DNA of 57,111 bases, the filler included, from Sphacelaria rigidula (taxonomy: Eukaryota), in NCBI GenBank assembly GCA_964200075.2. It is 5 parts of 5 records of this genome, joined end to end, with 100 filler letters (N's around TTAATTAATTAA, not from the genome) between each part and the next. Parts side by side here need not be neighbours in the genome. Positions count along the whole stretch, not along the records: positions 22,888 to 34,229 come from CAXNAA020005042.1; positions 34,330 to 45,671 come from CAXNAA020005043.1; 3 more parts are not named here. One strand, given 5' to 3'. The notes below the pieces were generated by a model, which worked only from the letters and a program-made list of their open reading frames with translations, was not told the DNA's origin and searched no databases. Positions within the stretch are counted from its first letter, which is position 1. Every line of letters starts with the position of its first letter. The position numbers and the translations under genes were made by a program. Positions 22,888-37,144 of the stretch are shown piece by piece.

Positions 22888-25800
22888 AACCCACCAAAAA
22901 CACGAGGGTGCACGGTGGACAGACAATGCTCGTCCGCCGCGCCCGCGTTGATCATCTGTTGCCAGCAGCTGGCTGTAATGAACGTTTGAGGTGAACCAGA
23001 GTCTGGTAGTGCAAAAGCTATCAAATGACAGTTTGCACGCTCCACTATGTAAACCTATCTCGGTCGTAAAAGAAGCATCATCCATAGTTGCAGTACCACT
23101 GACGAGATCGGGCCCAAATTCGGGTAAGACATCTGACACATCCTGCTTTGCGTTTTGAACGAAGGTGCTAAAATACACCCGTTGATGATCCTTTGGGACA
23201 AGCTTTTGGTCGGAAGGATGGTGCGTGCATGGAGTGTCAGTTTTTGTGCCTGGAATATTTGTCTCATCAATCGAGGGTTGAATCTCATATACTGCAACGG
23301 AGGGGCGATGCCGGGGAAGGGCAATTGTCGTGGTTGGACCCGACAACTGATCTGTGCGTGGTGTGTCACCCTTATTGGCCAACAGAGGGGGCGAATCGTC
23401 AGTGTGCAAAGCGAGATCAATTACATTATCCAGCTTGGTCGGAACGGGGGACGATTCATCGGGGCGCGGTGTTGAGTTTGTTACGCCAACCAACTCAATA
23501 CCGTCACTAGTTAAGGCCAACATGGGGGGTTTTGGAGGCGACTCGTCAGGACGCGGGGTTGGTAGAGCTGTGCTGTTCAACCCGGCGTCTATTGAAGGGG
23601 CCAACGTGGGCGAGTTAGGAGACGATTCGTCTTGCGTAACACTTTGTTTGCCTGGTGACGAACACACGATTGAGGTGTCTTCATGAATAGGATACGAAGG
23701 TCCATGAGTCGTCGAAGTCTCTGTCCCTACAGACGGCAACGCTTTATCAGAAATGGTTTCTAACGCAGTGCACGCGGGGTGGTCAGGGAGCAGTAACGAT
23801 CTGTTCGAAATCTGGGGAGTACCGGCCTGTTCCACTCTAAGGTTTTCATCTGTCTAAGCCTACACGCAATCTTCTTCTTGGAGTTCACGTGCGCTTGCTA
23901 CATCAGGGTTATCTACATGATTATCTGGAGGAGCCCGCCTAGGATGACGCGTATAGCGCACGAAAGGGTCGGCGGCTCCAGGAGCTATTGAAATGAGTTC
24001 GCGGACAGTCGAACCTAGGTCATGCTCTTGGTGCACCACCTGAGTCGCTGTCACTTGGGTTCCATTCCAACCCGCTGAGCGACGGAAAGCATGGGTTCAT
24101 TGCGGTTGCGATCCTTTAGGGAATAATTATGCTCATCAAATAAAAGGGAACCGGGTACCGTAGTTTTCGCGGAACTCGGTAGGATGGTTAGCCGGGCACG
24201 CGAGCAGTTGGGGGGTGCTTGAGTGTGTGGCTTCGAATTTGGGGTGTTCCGATGAGCGGTCGGAGAGGCAGTGTCTACCGTACCAGAAGATATTTCGGCT
24301 CCGGATGCGTTAGAAACAGGACTACATGACTTCCTCTCCCCCGAAGGGAAGGGGTTCGATTGAATATGATTAGTACGTGGTGGATGTAAAACTGGGGGAT
24401 CAAATCCAGGATTAAAACGTTGGGTTTGGTCACTGTTCAATTGATAGCCATGCAACCGTGCACGGGCCTCGACTGTCTTGGAACCCTTCAAGGTAGTATC
24501 AGCATATCCAGGGAACCCACACCACATGGTTGAGCCCGCGGTGGCCACCGCTGATTCGTGCGTGTGATGTGTGTGACCTGGCCGAGCGAAAACAAATTGC
24601 TGACATAAAATTGTTGGATACCTCTGCGGTGAATTACCGGTTATTGTTCATTCCTGATTGTGGGGTTGTACCGACTGATGAGAAATGAACTACAGAAGTA
24701 GACAATAAACAAGGAGGTGGCGACGCATATGTTTTGGACTAAGCAACGCGTCCTGGGTTACCCCACTGGATGCTATTTGGAATCTTCGGAACTTGTGGAA
24801 CGTTCCCAAAAGGTTTTCAAGTTATGAGGTGAGCATCAGTGCTGTGTGGGTACCGCCCTGGCGGGGTTCAGCCGCGGCACTAGGTCCACTCATGTGTAAA
24901 CGTCTATCGTTTTGTGAATGGGCCGGTGCATGCGGTTGAAAATGTGCCAGGTCAGGTTGTTCAGGCGTTGGACAACGTTAGCGGTGCAAGCGACCGTACG
25001 AACAGAGTTGTGACTGCCAGGTTTGCCAACGTAGTGAAAAATGGTGCGGAGCGTCTGAGTCTCTTTGTTTTATCAGTTTACCACTCTGTTCCGAAACATG
25101 AGCCCCGTTTGGGGATTTTGCGGCGTAACGTCGGATCGAACGCCGTTTTTTTAAAATCGTTTTTTGCATCGTATTTGCGCCGCTCTCGCCTGAGAAAACC
25201 AACCGCTTTTTTTCCCAAAAATTGACAGTCCTGCCCCCACACACACACCCTCAAGAAGCACTACGCAGAGCTCGCTTAATCCAAAGTGATTAAAAGCGGC
25301 CATCCGGTAGTGTAAAGGAGCATGCCGAGCGATGAAAGTGTTGCCGAGACACCCAAGAGAAAGAATCTCAACGATGACGAGTGAATCGCTGTGATTGCCG
25401 AGCTTCTCAAAGGCAGCAACAACGGCATTCTGCGGAAGGGCGACTATACCAGGGTAATATCATCCCTGAATCTTCTGGATTGGAAACCCGGAGATGATAT
25501 TCGCGCATCCCCTGGTCACCCCTGGGAATGATGTTTTTCATCCCCAAACTGTTCCTACCGCATTTCCATGCAGTTTCATCGTCCAGGGAAAGGTATTGGA
25601 GGTACTACATCACCTGGAACACCGGACTTACCAGCACCATTTCATCACCTGATGCAGTGAAAACCCGGGGATGGATTCCTGGTGTCCCCTGGTCACCCTG
25701 AACATTTGTTTTCCTCCCCAATCCTCGCGATAGTGTATTCAAGTATTTCCATGGCTCTAGAAGAGCTGGGGAGTCGTATACACGTCAATGTGTGTACGGG

Positions 25801-26500
25801 GCTTATCTTTTGGTATTTCCAAACGGGGCTCATGTTTCGGAACAGAGTGGGACGTTCTTTCTCCGCAATTTCTAGAGCTTTCGTGGATCCGCGTATCGCG
25901 CGCTCTAGCTCGCTCTGTTCGGTTGGCTTTTTCTCGGGATGGGCATCTATCTTACGGGGGACCTGCGCGGGCTCTTGCACCCCTGAAAAACCCTCATGTT
26001 GACTCGCCTGGAGACGGGCAAATTCCAACTCTCTCAACGCACGTTCAAGCTGTGCTAGATCGTTGTTCCAAACTCGGTCCCAGCACTCAGTTTGTTCAGT
26101 TACCGAAAAGTTGAACCAATGGCGTGTTGGGATGAACGCTGGGCGAGTCTGCATAAGCTGGGAATATGCTTCGTCACGCGTGGGCGGGGATTGTTCTGGC
26201 TCGGGCTGGTTATCAACAGCCAGAGTGGGACGATTACAGGGTTCAGCACCGGTTTGGGTGCGGAGATCATCGTCAGGAAAAGTCCCCATAGCATCAATGC
26301 TCACGTGGAGGAATGTCATCTGAGAATGAAAAGTGGAAACACCGTGAGCGTTTTGAGTGGCTGGTGGGTGTACAGGGGAGTGTGCACCCAGGGGGTTAGG
26401 ATGAGCATGTGGAGGGGGATTGTAGTCATCCACACTCACGTCCCTGAAATACGTCCTGCAACAACGTTATCATCAACATCAAAACGTTCCGGTTAGTTTT
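22888..26500 (-). mobile_element. Decayed Ty3/gypsy-like element: Pro/Ser-rich gag-side ORFs and aspartic protease
   Basis: Retropepsin-like motif ALPDSGSPQTFI at ~22985-23020, frameshifted relative to the long ORF ending 23835; further co-oriented unspliced ORFs at 24051-24548 and 25693-26439. Confidence 0.65.
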
Positions 26501-29500
26501 TGCCAACTATCTCACTACGCGTGGTTGACTGTACGGTTGTTTCAGCACTCTCTGAAGGAACCGCACTGTCCTTGGTGATTTCGTGCTAAGATGGCATCGA
26601 AGGGCCGTGGACATCAGACATGGCTTGTAACCTGCGCAATTGCGCAAGACCGATAACGTAGAGATGTGGAGGTTGAAAAGTGAACGTTTGGTCGTGGGAG
26701 TACGCATAGTTGTTGAGGACTGAGGCGGCGTGAACAAAAAACAAAAGGAATAGAGTGGCAGGGTACTATCGACAGTGTTTGATCGACATGTACTTCCGCG
26801 CACTCCGCGCATGCATGCGGTCGAACACCTTTTCAATCGGGTGCAGTCGAAGGGAGAGAAAATGTCGAAGGCACACAACAAACAGTATGTGTGTGTTGGT
26901 GGATAAACTGTAACAGCAAAGAGAGAAGAAGAAAACGAAGGTTGTCACAATCAACAGACATTCAGTGACTGTCACCAGCGCAACAGCGCATTGGACAAAC
27001 CTGCATGCCATGAAGAGGTATACGTGTGGGGCGCAGCGAACAGCGACGTCAAACCGCTCAGTTCTGTGTTGAGAACATGTTGAGGTTGGGGAAAAAGAAC
27101 TGTCGGATGCCGTATTTCCAGAGGCAACACCAGCGCAGCTGATGATACTCAATACAGTACCGCGTAGTTTGCTGAAAATAGCCCAGTTGGGGTCACGGTG
27201 ATGTACATCGTATAAGGTAGACAATCAATGATGTACAGGCACAACCGTAATACAAATATGTAGTGCAGTACAAACAGCAACGTACAAAGCACCAGACAGA
27301 AAAATGCTGGGTGGCACAGTACAGTACGTTTGATCTTCACGTGGTGCAGCGGAGGGTCAGGTCAACAGTGCGGTACCAACGTCAATTCGTTCGTATCAAA
27401 CGAAGAAAACCCGACACAGCGCTATATCCGCGCCGCGTTCATATCTTACAATGAAATATAGATTACTTTGTTCAGAGAGTGCAGCAGTACCAACGCATGA
27501 TACAGCACGGCACCTCACCGTCCGCAAACATATTGCCCGTCGAGACCACTTGTAATTCAAACGGCACTGTACTGTGGACGGTACTTCAATTCGGAACAAT
27601 ATTTCAACGCAGGAGGTACGCTGCATCCTGGACGATCAAGTATGTACTGTAGTGCGTGTTTGGTGGGGAGACAATCAAACTGTAGTGTATACTGATACTG
27701 TTAAAAAGTGCCAAGAGTACAGAGCCGAGAGCTTGTGTACTAGTAACATGAGCCTCGTGCCTCGCCGTTTTCAATCATGCCTGTAGCCAAAATCTTGTAT
27801 TCCTGGTCTACCATGTCACATCGATATAAAGCGGTGTACAAGGTGGCTCAACGTTCCGTGTTTGGGAAAAGGGAACCGTCTGTACAGCTGTGTTTTATAA
27901 ACAGCCCGAGTGGACCCTGCCTACCAGCAAGGATCGGCAGTTATTCACTTATCGGTCGGTTCGGCGAGTACAGGGCCGACGAGAAATGAACGTGGGAGGT
28001 GGAGGGAAAGTGCAATAGTGTGTGCAAAACGACCATGCTGAAAAAAAAAAAAGTCAGCGGCTGTTTTTGTAGACACACGTTGGTGGACAAAACAGGGAAC
28101 GGTTGTACAGATCGAATTTCCGCGATAGCAAGCTCTTCTCTACGCACGGTGTATAACGGCATCAAAGAGAGCTCCTTCTTCACGGCATGGTCATCCGCAC
28201 TGTCTTGACCTGTGGGTGGGGAAAGGGATCCTGTGTTCGGTTCGTTAACTCAAAGCAGTAAGATTCTCTCGATAGACGGCACACAGTTGCAGCTAAAGCT
28301 GCTATTGTACGTAAGCACCGAGTCCTTTCAGAAAAAAGAAAACCCGAAGATACACAGGGGTTATGGTACACGTAACTCACTTATTGAGTAACGGCTTGCA
28401 GGCCAGAGGATGAGACGTCAGTAGAGCAGATGAAAGCTGATGACCCTCCTTGCAATTAGTCCTACGAGGCCTTTCTTTGACCGATGGGTTGCAGGTGAAG
28501 GAGGTGGGTAGCAACAGCTTTGGTTCGCTGCTTTGCCAGCACGTCCTCCTGCCTCGCTTACAACCTTGTCATAATAAAAAATCAGCGTGACGCGCCGTGT
28601 CTTTAGCCAATCAAAGTAGTAGCAGCAGGTACACGCGGCTAATCGGGTACAATCCTTATCCAACTTGTGACTGCTGGATCAACGCTTCAACGATCCAATT
28701 TCTACCGTACACAAACACATATTCGACTAGAATCGTTTCATACCCGCCGGTCGTTTCTGGGGACCATCGGCAAATCCCAAACTACTTTAATTCACGCACT
28801 CGGCCATGTACCATCACATCACGGAATCCAGGGTCTACGAGCAGACCCGCACATCGTGATATCTTACTGCCACCAAGCTTCATCACACGTAGCCTCTCTC
28901 CACCAGAGTAGCAAAACCGAGCCTCACGCCATGGAGGTCACCGATCACAGAGTCCGGCAATCAGACCAGCAACTCCACCTACACAATGTCCCTCACCTTA
29001 GGTAACAATGGTGGATAGAGTCTACAGCACCCCTAAAGCTCTCTACTACCACGAAGTAGTTACATCAGAGCTTGACAAACTCAGACATCATTGGTGCCTG
29101 ATGGAACCGTCGTTTTCCGCAAAGAATAGCAATATCGTCCACTGCTTTCGACAACATCTCCATACAAGCTTGCCCCACTTCCGAGCAACTCGCAAGAGAT
29201 CCCAAGAAAGTATCGTATATCATGAACATGCAATCACGCTACTTGCACCACTTCGAGTTACAAAGCGATAGCTAGCGCCAAATTCTCAAATCTTCGCCCA
29301 AAACAAGTCTCTTGACTCTTCATCGGCACGAAACCGGAAATGTCAGCGAACGTCAAATCTCAGAGCATTCGTGACTCATCGCTTCTCGCATCCGAGACAA
29401 GGTTCTCCTCAACATACAAAATGCACTCTTTGAACGTTCAACACCTGCGCAATGGAGTGCAATAGCCAAATGATACATCATTCTCACGCTAGAAGAAAAT

Positions 29501-31703
29501 ATGCACCCAACACGTCTAAAACGCACCTGGCCTCTTGCTTCTGCAACACCGTAAAAAACGTATGCATCGCATGCCCCCCCGCCGTCAAAGCTTCAATGCT
29601 TCAACTTGCCATCATTTTATTCAGACAATCAAAGGAAAGCCATGATTCAAACCGCTATTCAACTCATGCATACCAATCCAACGACGGCGAACGGACCTCG
29701 ACCTCCGCCATCATTGATCACCCCTCATAAGCTCGTTCTCGAACTACTCTTGTTTTCGAGAAAATTCCAGACATTTCTATATCTCGTTTGGATCTTGGAC
29801 CGTCATATCCCATTCGTGCATCAGCCAAAATGTAGAAATAATGATTTCCTCGACACTCTTACAGTCCACCTGCACCAGTTCTTCGAAGAAATGAACGCAT
29901 CATCCACATGCTCCTTCTGATTTGAACGAAAAACCAACCACGTGCTCGTTCAAACACGTGACAATCGCTCGTTCAAACACGTGACAATCCATACAAAAAC
30001 GTGTCACGGTCAAAGATCATTGATGCATGAGCGCATAATGTCTTAAACTTCAACCACCCGAAGCGATACCTGCTCACATACGACGAGCCTACGCATTTCG
30101 TACCTTTCAGCTCATGTGCACGCTAACAGCAGGTGTCATCGTCTCCTACAATCAGTACGAGCCTACGTATTTCGTAGTTTATTGCTCATTTTCACGCTAA
30201 CAGCAGCAATCCATATATCCTGCAGTCAGTACGTGCAAACCGCACAAATACGATTCGACTGTGTTCCTACGCGTGTAAGATTATACGAGGTTCACTTCAT
30301 TTAGCATGCAGAAGTATATTGAAAACTGCCCCACCCTAGGTCGTCACCAGATACCGTTCATATCAGTACCATTCGAGCAAAAATTCGCACATGCCTGCCA
30401 AATTTCCACTCAGCATATGAAAATCCGCACATGCATGCCAATATTTCAGACAGTACATGCAATGCCACCTTCCTCGTAGTAAACACCATGCATCGTCCGT
30501 GCCAACCACATCAGCACAACACACACACATGCCAAATATCCACGTGTATGCCAGAGTTTTACCCTGCACACGCGATACGATCATACTCGCTTAACAACTA
30601 TATTTCATGCGCAAACATGACCACATACCACACAATAACAAGCTGCAACCATTCTCAAAACGCTTCGCGAATACCAGTCACAATGTTGTGTTTCCTCATT
30701 CTCAACAAGCACTCAATCACCTTAGCACTTGCTCCTCAACATCATCACCCCACTCGGCGCTCACCACAACAGCAAACACCTCAGTTGATGCCTTCTTTGT
30801 AGTCCTCCAGCCCGCTCCTGAGAAACAGCAGCACTCGAACCACAACCCAGGGCACAGCGTGGAGCAGCCTTTCCTCTCGGACACTCCCTCCTTGCACCTT
30901 CAGTCTAGCTACACCTGGCACCCCCATGGTGTAGCTCAGCACGCCTCTAAAAGGTATATTCGCACCGCCAAGCCAATGCGACAGATCAGCTGCCTCCACA
31001 GATACTTGGGCAGTACTGAACATCTGTGCTTCAGTCAGTTTTACAGAAGAAACCAGAGGCGAAAGGGGAACAGCTACACAGTCCTGAACAGCAACATCTC
31101 CTGATGGTACACTATCCTCCTCAAACACCCCGCGGCGAAACAGTGGAGACACCCTCGGCCATCGCCGCCAAATACGCCAAAGCTGTCCATGTAAACAGCA
31201 GTGCACACGACCGCCCCAACACCACGCGACGCATGTCGTCACCGTCAGAATTGTGATCGCTGACAGCATCACGAGCTTGCAGCTCGCTCTGCGTGCCCGC
31301 TTCACGCGGGTCACACGCCCCCATTGTTTCGATCATACAAGGCGTGTCCACAGCTACTCGCTTGTCCGGCAGCAATTCCGCCAGCCCGGCATCCACCTGT
31401 CCTTCAAGCAGACACCCCTGAGAATCATCTGAACGATCTCCCGCCCTGTCACTGGCGCAGATAGATTCACCATGAGCACGGCAAGCTCCAAGCTCACCCT
31501 GCTCGCTCGCCATACTGCGAATAACGCCCCCCTGCAGCTTCGAGCATGCAAGGAGTATCTCCAGGTACGCGCTGGTCCGGCGGCAACAGGCAACTGGGAC
31601 CTCCGCCCACCAGTACTTGTTCATTGGCCCATACAGGCCCCGCTCCCTCAACATCGCCAGTAGCAGCAGCAGTATCATCAATAGTCGCTACAGCCGTCAC
31701 CTT

Positions 31704-32279
31704 CTATCCGGCTTGCTCCTTGACGCCAATAGCGGCAACGCCTCTAGCACTCTCGTGCCTGCGTACTCGGACAGGCCTATGTTGTGTCGCCTTCTTGCCC
31801 ATCAAAATGCCGTGCCTGTCTCCACCGCCGCCGACCTTCACACTATCTTGCACCACACTTGGCGATGCATAAGATGCATGCTTGCGCAGCGCCAAGAGCA
31901 ATTTCTCTTGCCCAACATCATTTGCACCATCCAAAAATGTGTCACATAGACAGTTCTCGACATGTGCGGGCATGAGGTCAGAGACCGCTGGCTCCTCAAC
32001 AACGTGCCAGCGTGCTTGACGCTCGTTCGTTGCGTGCACCTCACGAAGGTAGTCCTCATACTTCCGCAGAAACTGAGCAGATTTTTCACTTGAGACCTTG
32101 CAACCGTAGTAGGGCATATCCAGAAATCGTACACGGACAGCGCGACCATCGATGACAACATATTGTTGCGGCGCACGAAGAACATGGCCGTCCACCGCAA
32201 CATATTCCTGCACCTCGTACATTTCGGTCAGCAGTACAGCACTCCACACGCCTTTTTGAAAAACGAAGTCGCCTCCCAC
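31704..32279 (-). mobile_element. Gag-like ORF remnant of a second LTR element
   Basis: FLRKYEDYLREVHATNERQ...VSDLMPAHVENCLCDTF...LLLALRKHA resembles stramenopile gypsy gag from memory; followed by broken co-oriented frames to ~30780. Confidence 0.5.
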
Positions 32280-32574
32280 TCACAGGAAGAACAACTCTCT
32301 CCTTATGCCGAGACACGCTGTACCACCTTACAACGACGACCACACACGCCTCTTCCTCACGCGGTTCTCATCACGTCTTGAAGTCCTTAGACTCCTCTTC
32401 TTGACCGTACCTGGCCAAGCGTGGAACAAGCAACTTCCGCTGGCTCGTGGAACAAGTAATGTTCCGAATTTATCGGTTATGGTCCAGTCGAGTAGATTCC
32501 ATGTGTCATACTCTTGCGTTGTCTAGTCCGACAAGTCATGGGCCATTCTGAGTCTGTTTGATTCCGACAGTGCC

Positions 32575-34220
32575 TCCTACTCGGGCACAGTCATTTGGGA
32601 ACTCATCTCAACGCACACGTAGCAGCTATCAGCCGGTTGCCAATAATACAAGAAGCATCAACACTATCTCGGACTGCTATCTCAGAGGAGCCTTTGGCCT
32701 TCACAAATGTAAGCCCGCATTGCACGCATCATATGGGTCTTGTCTTCGGCGTGAACCTTGGGCATGTGCCAGGGCCATACGTGTGTGGGTTGACTCCCAC
32801 CTGGTAAATCAAGCGTGATGGCTTCGATACTAATGATTGTGTTTGAGCAGCTAGCCTGGTGCCCACTGAACTGGCACCATTCCCAGCTAGAGTATCGAGC
32901 CATGACATGGTGTCCAATCCGAGAATCGAACTCGGGTTTTCTGAACGTGAGCTGGGCCGAAACGTCGATGGTTGAAAAAACAGCCTGCACCAATGAGCTA
33001 GTATGAATATGCCACTGAACATCGGGAGAGGAGGCGGGGGAAAACACCGTCATAATGAGCAAATCCAAACGTAAGGTGGTAGGAAATGTGAAACGTGCAT
33101 GAATATCGCGGGAAGTAGCTAATGCTAATAAAGAAAGGGCTGGATGAACCCCAGCCAGACAGAAAGGGAGACTGGGCGTGAACTAGGGAGGGAGGCAATT
33201 TCCTGCATAAATCCGGTTGAAAGCGAGCTGTCCGGAAATTATGGGGTCAAGGCATGACCGTGGCCAAAACACCGAGTGGTCGGAGCTGCTTCCACCCTAA
33301 TTGATGGAAGGAGAGGAGCGACGGTAGGGAGCTTTGGGACCGGGGAACATGTGTTGCTGAAACCTACCGTTGCACATCTGAGTAACGCAACCATGTATCG
33401 ATGGCTCGCAATGTGAGTTGAAACGTTTAACATAATGGATAGGTCAAGTCGTGTGTGTATGCATGTCCGTTTCTAGAGAGAAACAGGTACGGGAACAGGT
33501 ATGGGCAAAAATAAGGGAAATTGAAACAACAACGTCCGCGCGGAAGACGTACTGATAATTGCATTTCGAACATAAATTTGGATCCGTAACGCACGTACAA
33601 GAGTTGGTAAGTGAAACGGGAGGCGATCCATATAACAAAGAAACGAATGAACATAACTCGCTCGACGGAGTGCACAAAGACGAGTAGCGGCAAAATGGGT
33701 GGAAAGGATAAAGGAAAACGTCCACGCTCTTGCCGTGGTCCTCCGATGTAAGAAAGAGAACGGTCTCACGCACAGTATAGCGGAATTTCGAGAACTTCTG
33801 AACGGCAATCCGTGAGTGGCTGGTAACCACTGATGGAGCGAGTGGTTGGTAACCACTGAAAATGAAACAAAGAAATTCGAAGCGATGTGTTATAGGTTTA
33901 TTGGTCATGTTCCAGTCGACTGGGTTCCATTTGTCATACTTTGTCATGCTTCGTACTTGATGGGTCATACTACATTGTGTTATTGGATTGACTTGGCGGC
34001 CCCCTTGGGGGACAGCGTTTCTGAACCACGCATCTCAACTAGCAAAGCACAAGTTAGCCTGTACGCCAATAATACAAGAGCATCTACGCCATTAGGGACT
34101 GCTCTCTCAGAGGATTCTCTGGTCTTCACAAAATGTAAGCCTGACCTTCATGCAACACATGTTGTAACAGCCGATCCTAATTTTTGGGGTTGAAACAAAA
34201 TATGAGGTTGAAGTCCCATC
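32575..34220. repeat. Diverged ~210-bp direct repeat pair (32575-32800 and 34005-34220)
   Basis: Shared CATCTCAAC, GCCAATAATACAAGA, GGACTGCT.TCTCAGAGGA, CTTCACAAA(A)TGTAAGCC. Confidence 0.75.
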
Positions 34221-34229
34221 CCTTCATTG

Positions 34230-34329
34230 NNNNNNNNNNNNNNNNNNNNNNNNNNNNNNNNNNNNNNNNNNNNTTAATTAATTAANNNNNNNNNNNNNNN
34301 NNNNNNNNNNNNNNNNNNNNNNNNNNNNN
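34230..34329. other. Artificial contig linker
   Basis: N44-TTAATTAATTAA-N44. Confidence 0.98.
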
Positions 34330-34599
34330 GCGTGATCGCCAAGCGATGTAAACCCCATCGGGGGTCCGCCCCTACAAAGCCGGGACGGAGCACGCCGGGT
34401 TATCGCCGGACCAGGCTGACTACAGAACCAGGTTCTGCTCAAACGAACCATCATCTACTGGGATTCGGATTTGAATCCGCCAATTTCTGTCCTCGCTGGC
34501 CATCGGTGTATCATTTTAATTCAGACCACCGGGCCGCTTTCTTGGGGGGCGGGGGGGGGGTGTCGAAATACACGGCATGTGCCTCTCGCTGTCGAGAAT

Positions 34600-34931
34600 T
34601 CCGAAAAAAAATGTGCCAGCGGTCGGAGTGGAGACAGGTGTGCCTTTATTTTTACTCAGCGATTTTTCGCACTTGGAACCCCTCCCCTTCCTCGGGGCGA
34701 GTTCGTGGTCTCAAGGGATCAACCCATTTTGGCCTCGCGGAGGGGGTCAGCACTCTCGCACCGCGTCAACTCTCATCAAACAAACTCAGTCAAATATTTT
34801 GTTTACTAACGTTCTCACGCTGTCCACGGTGAAAATCAGATACTACGAAGAAAAATCCCAACGCATTGGGAATCGAACCCTCGTTCTCCTCACCCTAAAT
34901 GGCGACAGTGGGTCCATTACACCACCGGGGC
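34600..34931 (-). mobile_element. tRNA-derived SINE family 2 (best-preserved head)
   Basis: A box TGGTGTAATGG, B box GGTTCGATTCC; body repeated three more times in the window. Confidence 0.75.
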
Positions 34932-35462
34932 GCGGCGATTATTCCTTGTCCCTTACTTACACCGTAAGCTGTGTTGCGATTGCCGTACAATGCCTCTCGA
35001 GGGCAGTATATTGGCACTATCTGTGCAGCTCACGGTCGAAAAAAGGGTATATCTATCCAGCACTCTTCATCGCTGACGGACAGCTCGAGCCATGATAAGA
35101 ACAGAAATATTCCAGTTTCACCGGGCCATAACGCGCTTCGTACAATACTGCCACCGTGTTCGGGTGGTGTAATGATCCAACTAAAACCATCAGTCAGGAT
35201 GGAAAAGAACATGTGTTCGATTCTTGCCAGTTGCGTTTGTTTCTTCTTGCCTCAAAATATATGATTTCCGTAGTCGAAGGCCTGAGGACGTGCGCAGCAA
35301 CAATAGTTTTGTTCGACTGAGATTGTTCGATCAGAGTTGACGTAGTGCTGGACTACTGACGCAATCCGCTACACCAAAATGCAAGGCGTGTGCCGGGGGA
35401 AAGCTGGGTTGACTCATCCCCTTGAGACCACGGACTCGTTGTGAGGAGGGGGGGAGGGGGGC

Positions 35463-35790
35463 GTACTCATTTGTTGCTTGCCTTAGTCGTTTGACCATTG
35501 ACCAGNNNNNNNNNNCATCCCTTTCGAGACGGAGCACCGTTCCTACTCCTGATAGAGACACCTCCAACCGTCCAGCGCCCATTACGTTTCTTCCATACAT
35601 TGCACAAAAAAAAAACCTCCACATATTTTATCCCCGTCCTGTTTCGCCGTCTGGGGCCACCATATATCTCCTAGTATAACCATCGTCTTCTCCCTACTGT
35701 CCAATGCCATCAAACGATTCCATGCCACCTTCGTTCACGTCCCGCATTTCCTCCTGTAAAATGTCCCATTCCTCCTTGTAAAGTCAACAT
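35463..35790 (-). mobile_element. LINE-like family A 3' terminus (contains a 10-N gap)
   Basis: LYKEEWDILQEEM...EKTMVILGDIWWPQTAKQDGDK...NGAPSRKG...TKASNK*. Confidence 0.82.
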
Positions 35791-36379
35791 TTTGTGAGGA
35801 AGGAGAGGGATTAAAAAAAGCGCACACGTCGGACAGCCCATGAGCTGCTACCTGAAGTAACTAATCAGAGGAAACTCTCAGATCCGATTATCCAAAAACG
35901 CAGAATACATGACCGGGGGGTCAGAGAAGCCAGAGTGCAACCTTTGCGCTACTCGGCGTGCTCGACGGCCAGAGCTGTAGGGAGAAAATATGGGAACAGG
36001 AGCCGAATGAGCTAGCTAATGATCCGAATCATTACGCTGATAAGAAGCAATACTCAGGTAGCGCATGACTAACGCAACGCCCACTGTTATGGTTGCGACC
36101 ATCAGTGTTTTCGCTGGATCTTTTTTCGTCAGGTTCGCATGAAACTCGTCGGAGAAAAACCTCGGTTGGTGGAAGAAGTCGGACAAACTTGAGAAATAAA
36201 TGGCTCGGAAATCGCAAATTGCCTTCCAGTTTCTCGTTACCGCTGTGCCTACACCATAATGAAGAGATTCCCTATGCTACGTCGTCCATTAAAACACCAA
36301 ATTTGCACATGATCTGCGCTTCATGAGGGATCCACTGCGACAGGTTCGGCGAGATGCTATCCACGCAGATATTTGTCCC

Positions 36380-36958
36380 TCCCCCCTATTTTGCCTGGTC
36401 CGGCGAAACTCGGCGTGCTCCGTCCTGGCTGTGCAGGGACGGATCTCCCACGGGGGTTGACGTCGGCTGGCGACGACGCCGTAGAGCACGCCACTCACTG
36501 CGTAAGCTAGGAACAGGCTACCCGCTGTTTTGGCGCGATCGCGTTTTTTTTTTCGGTGACCATGATGGTGGCCGAGCTAGGTCATATCGTGAGGGGTGGG
36601 AGAACCTCGATTCTGCACAAAGGGAATGGTCATACCACGTAATGTTTACATGGTGAGACACCCATGAGGCAGTGTGTAAGCCCTGACTGTCTCTGAAGGT
36701 GGCGATTCCAGAAAATGAAGCATCTCATCAAAGGTTGTTATCTAAATGCAAGATAATCAGTACGCTCATGGCGGTACAATCTCAGCAGGATGCAGCTCAC
36801 CCTTCATGCGACTCGCCGAGCACACCACGGCGCTTCGCGCTTGGTGAATGGTTGCGAGCCTGGTTCGGCGAAAGCCCGGCGTGCTCCGTCTCGGCTTTGT
36901 AGGGATGCGAGGTCAATGGTTATATGACTATGGCACGCAAGATCATGAGTAAACCCAC
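36380..36958 (+). mobile_element. LINE-like family B 3' region
   Basis: Near-collinear with 45130-45671; ends GGGATGCGAGGTCAATGG...CATGAGTAAACCC. Confidence 0.75.
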
Positions 36959-37144
36959 TCTTGTTCACTCTATCCTGTCTGCTTTACGATCCTGTTCTCT
37001 TCAATCACTATGGATAGCGAAGGTACATTTTCACCGGGGCACCTACTCTCGACATAATACACCGTTGCCGCATAGGAAAATGCTATGTTGAAGACGAAAC
37101 CCGAACGCACGATGAGGGGAGGCCTAGGACCGAAGTTCACAAGA

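Noticed and set aside
32400..32460. Primer-binding site for the gag-like element
   Set aside because: A TGG-starting word is present but I could not support tRNA complementarity or an adjacent LTR end
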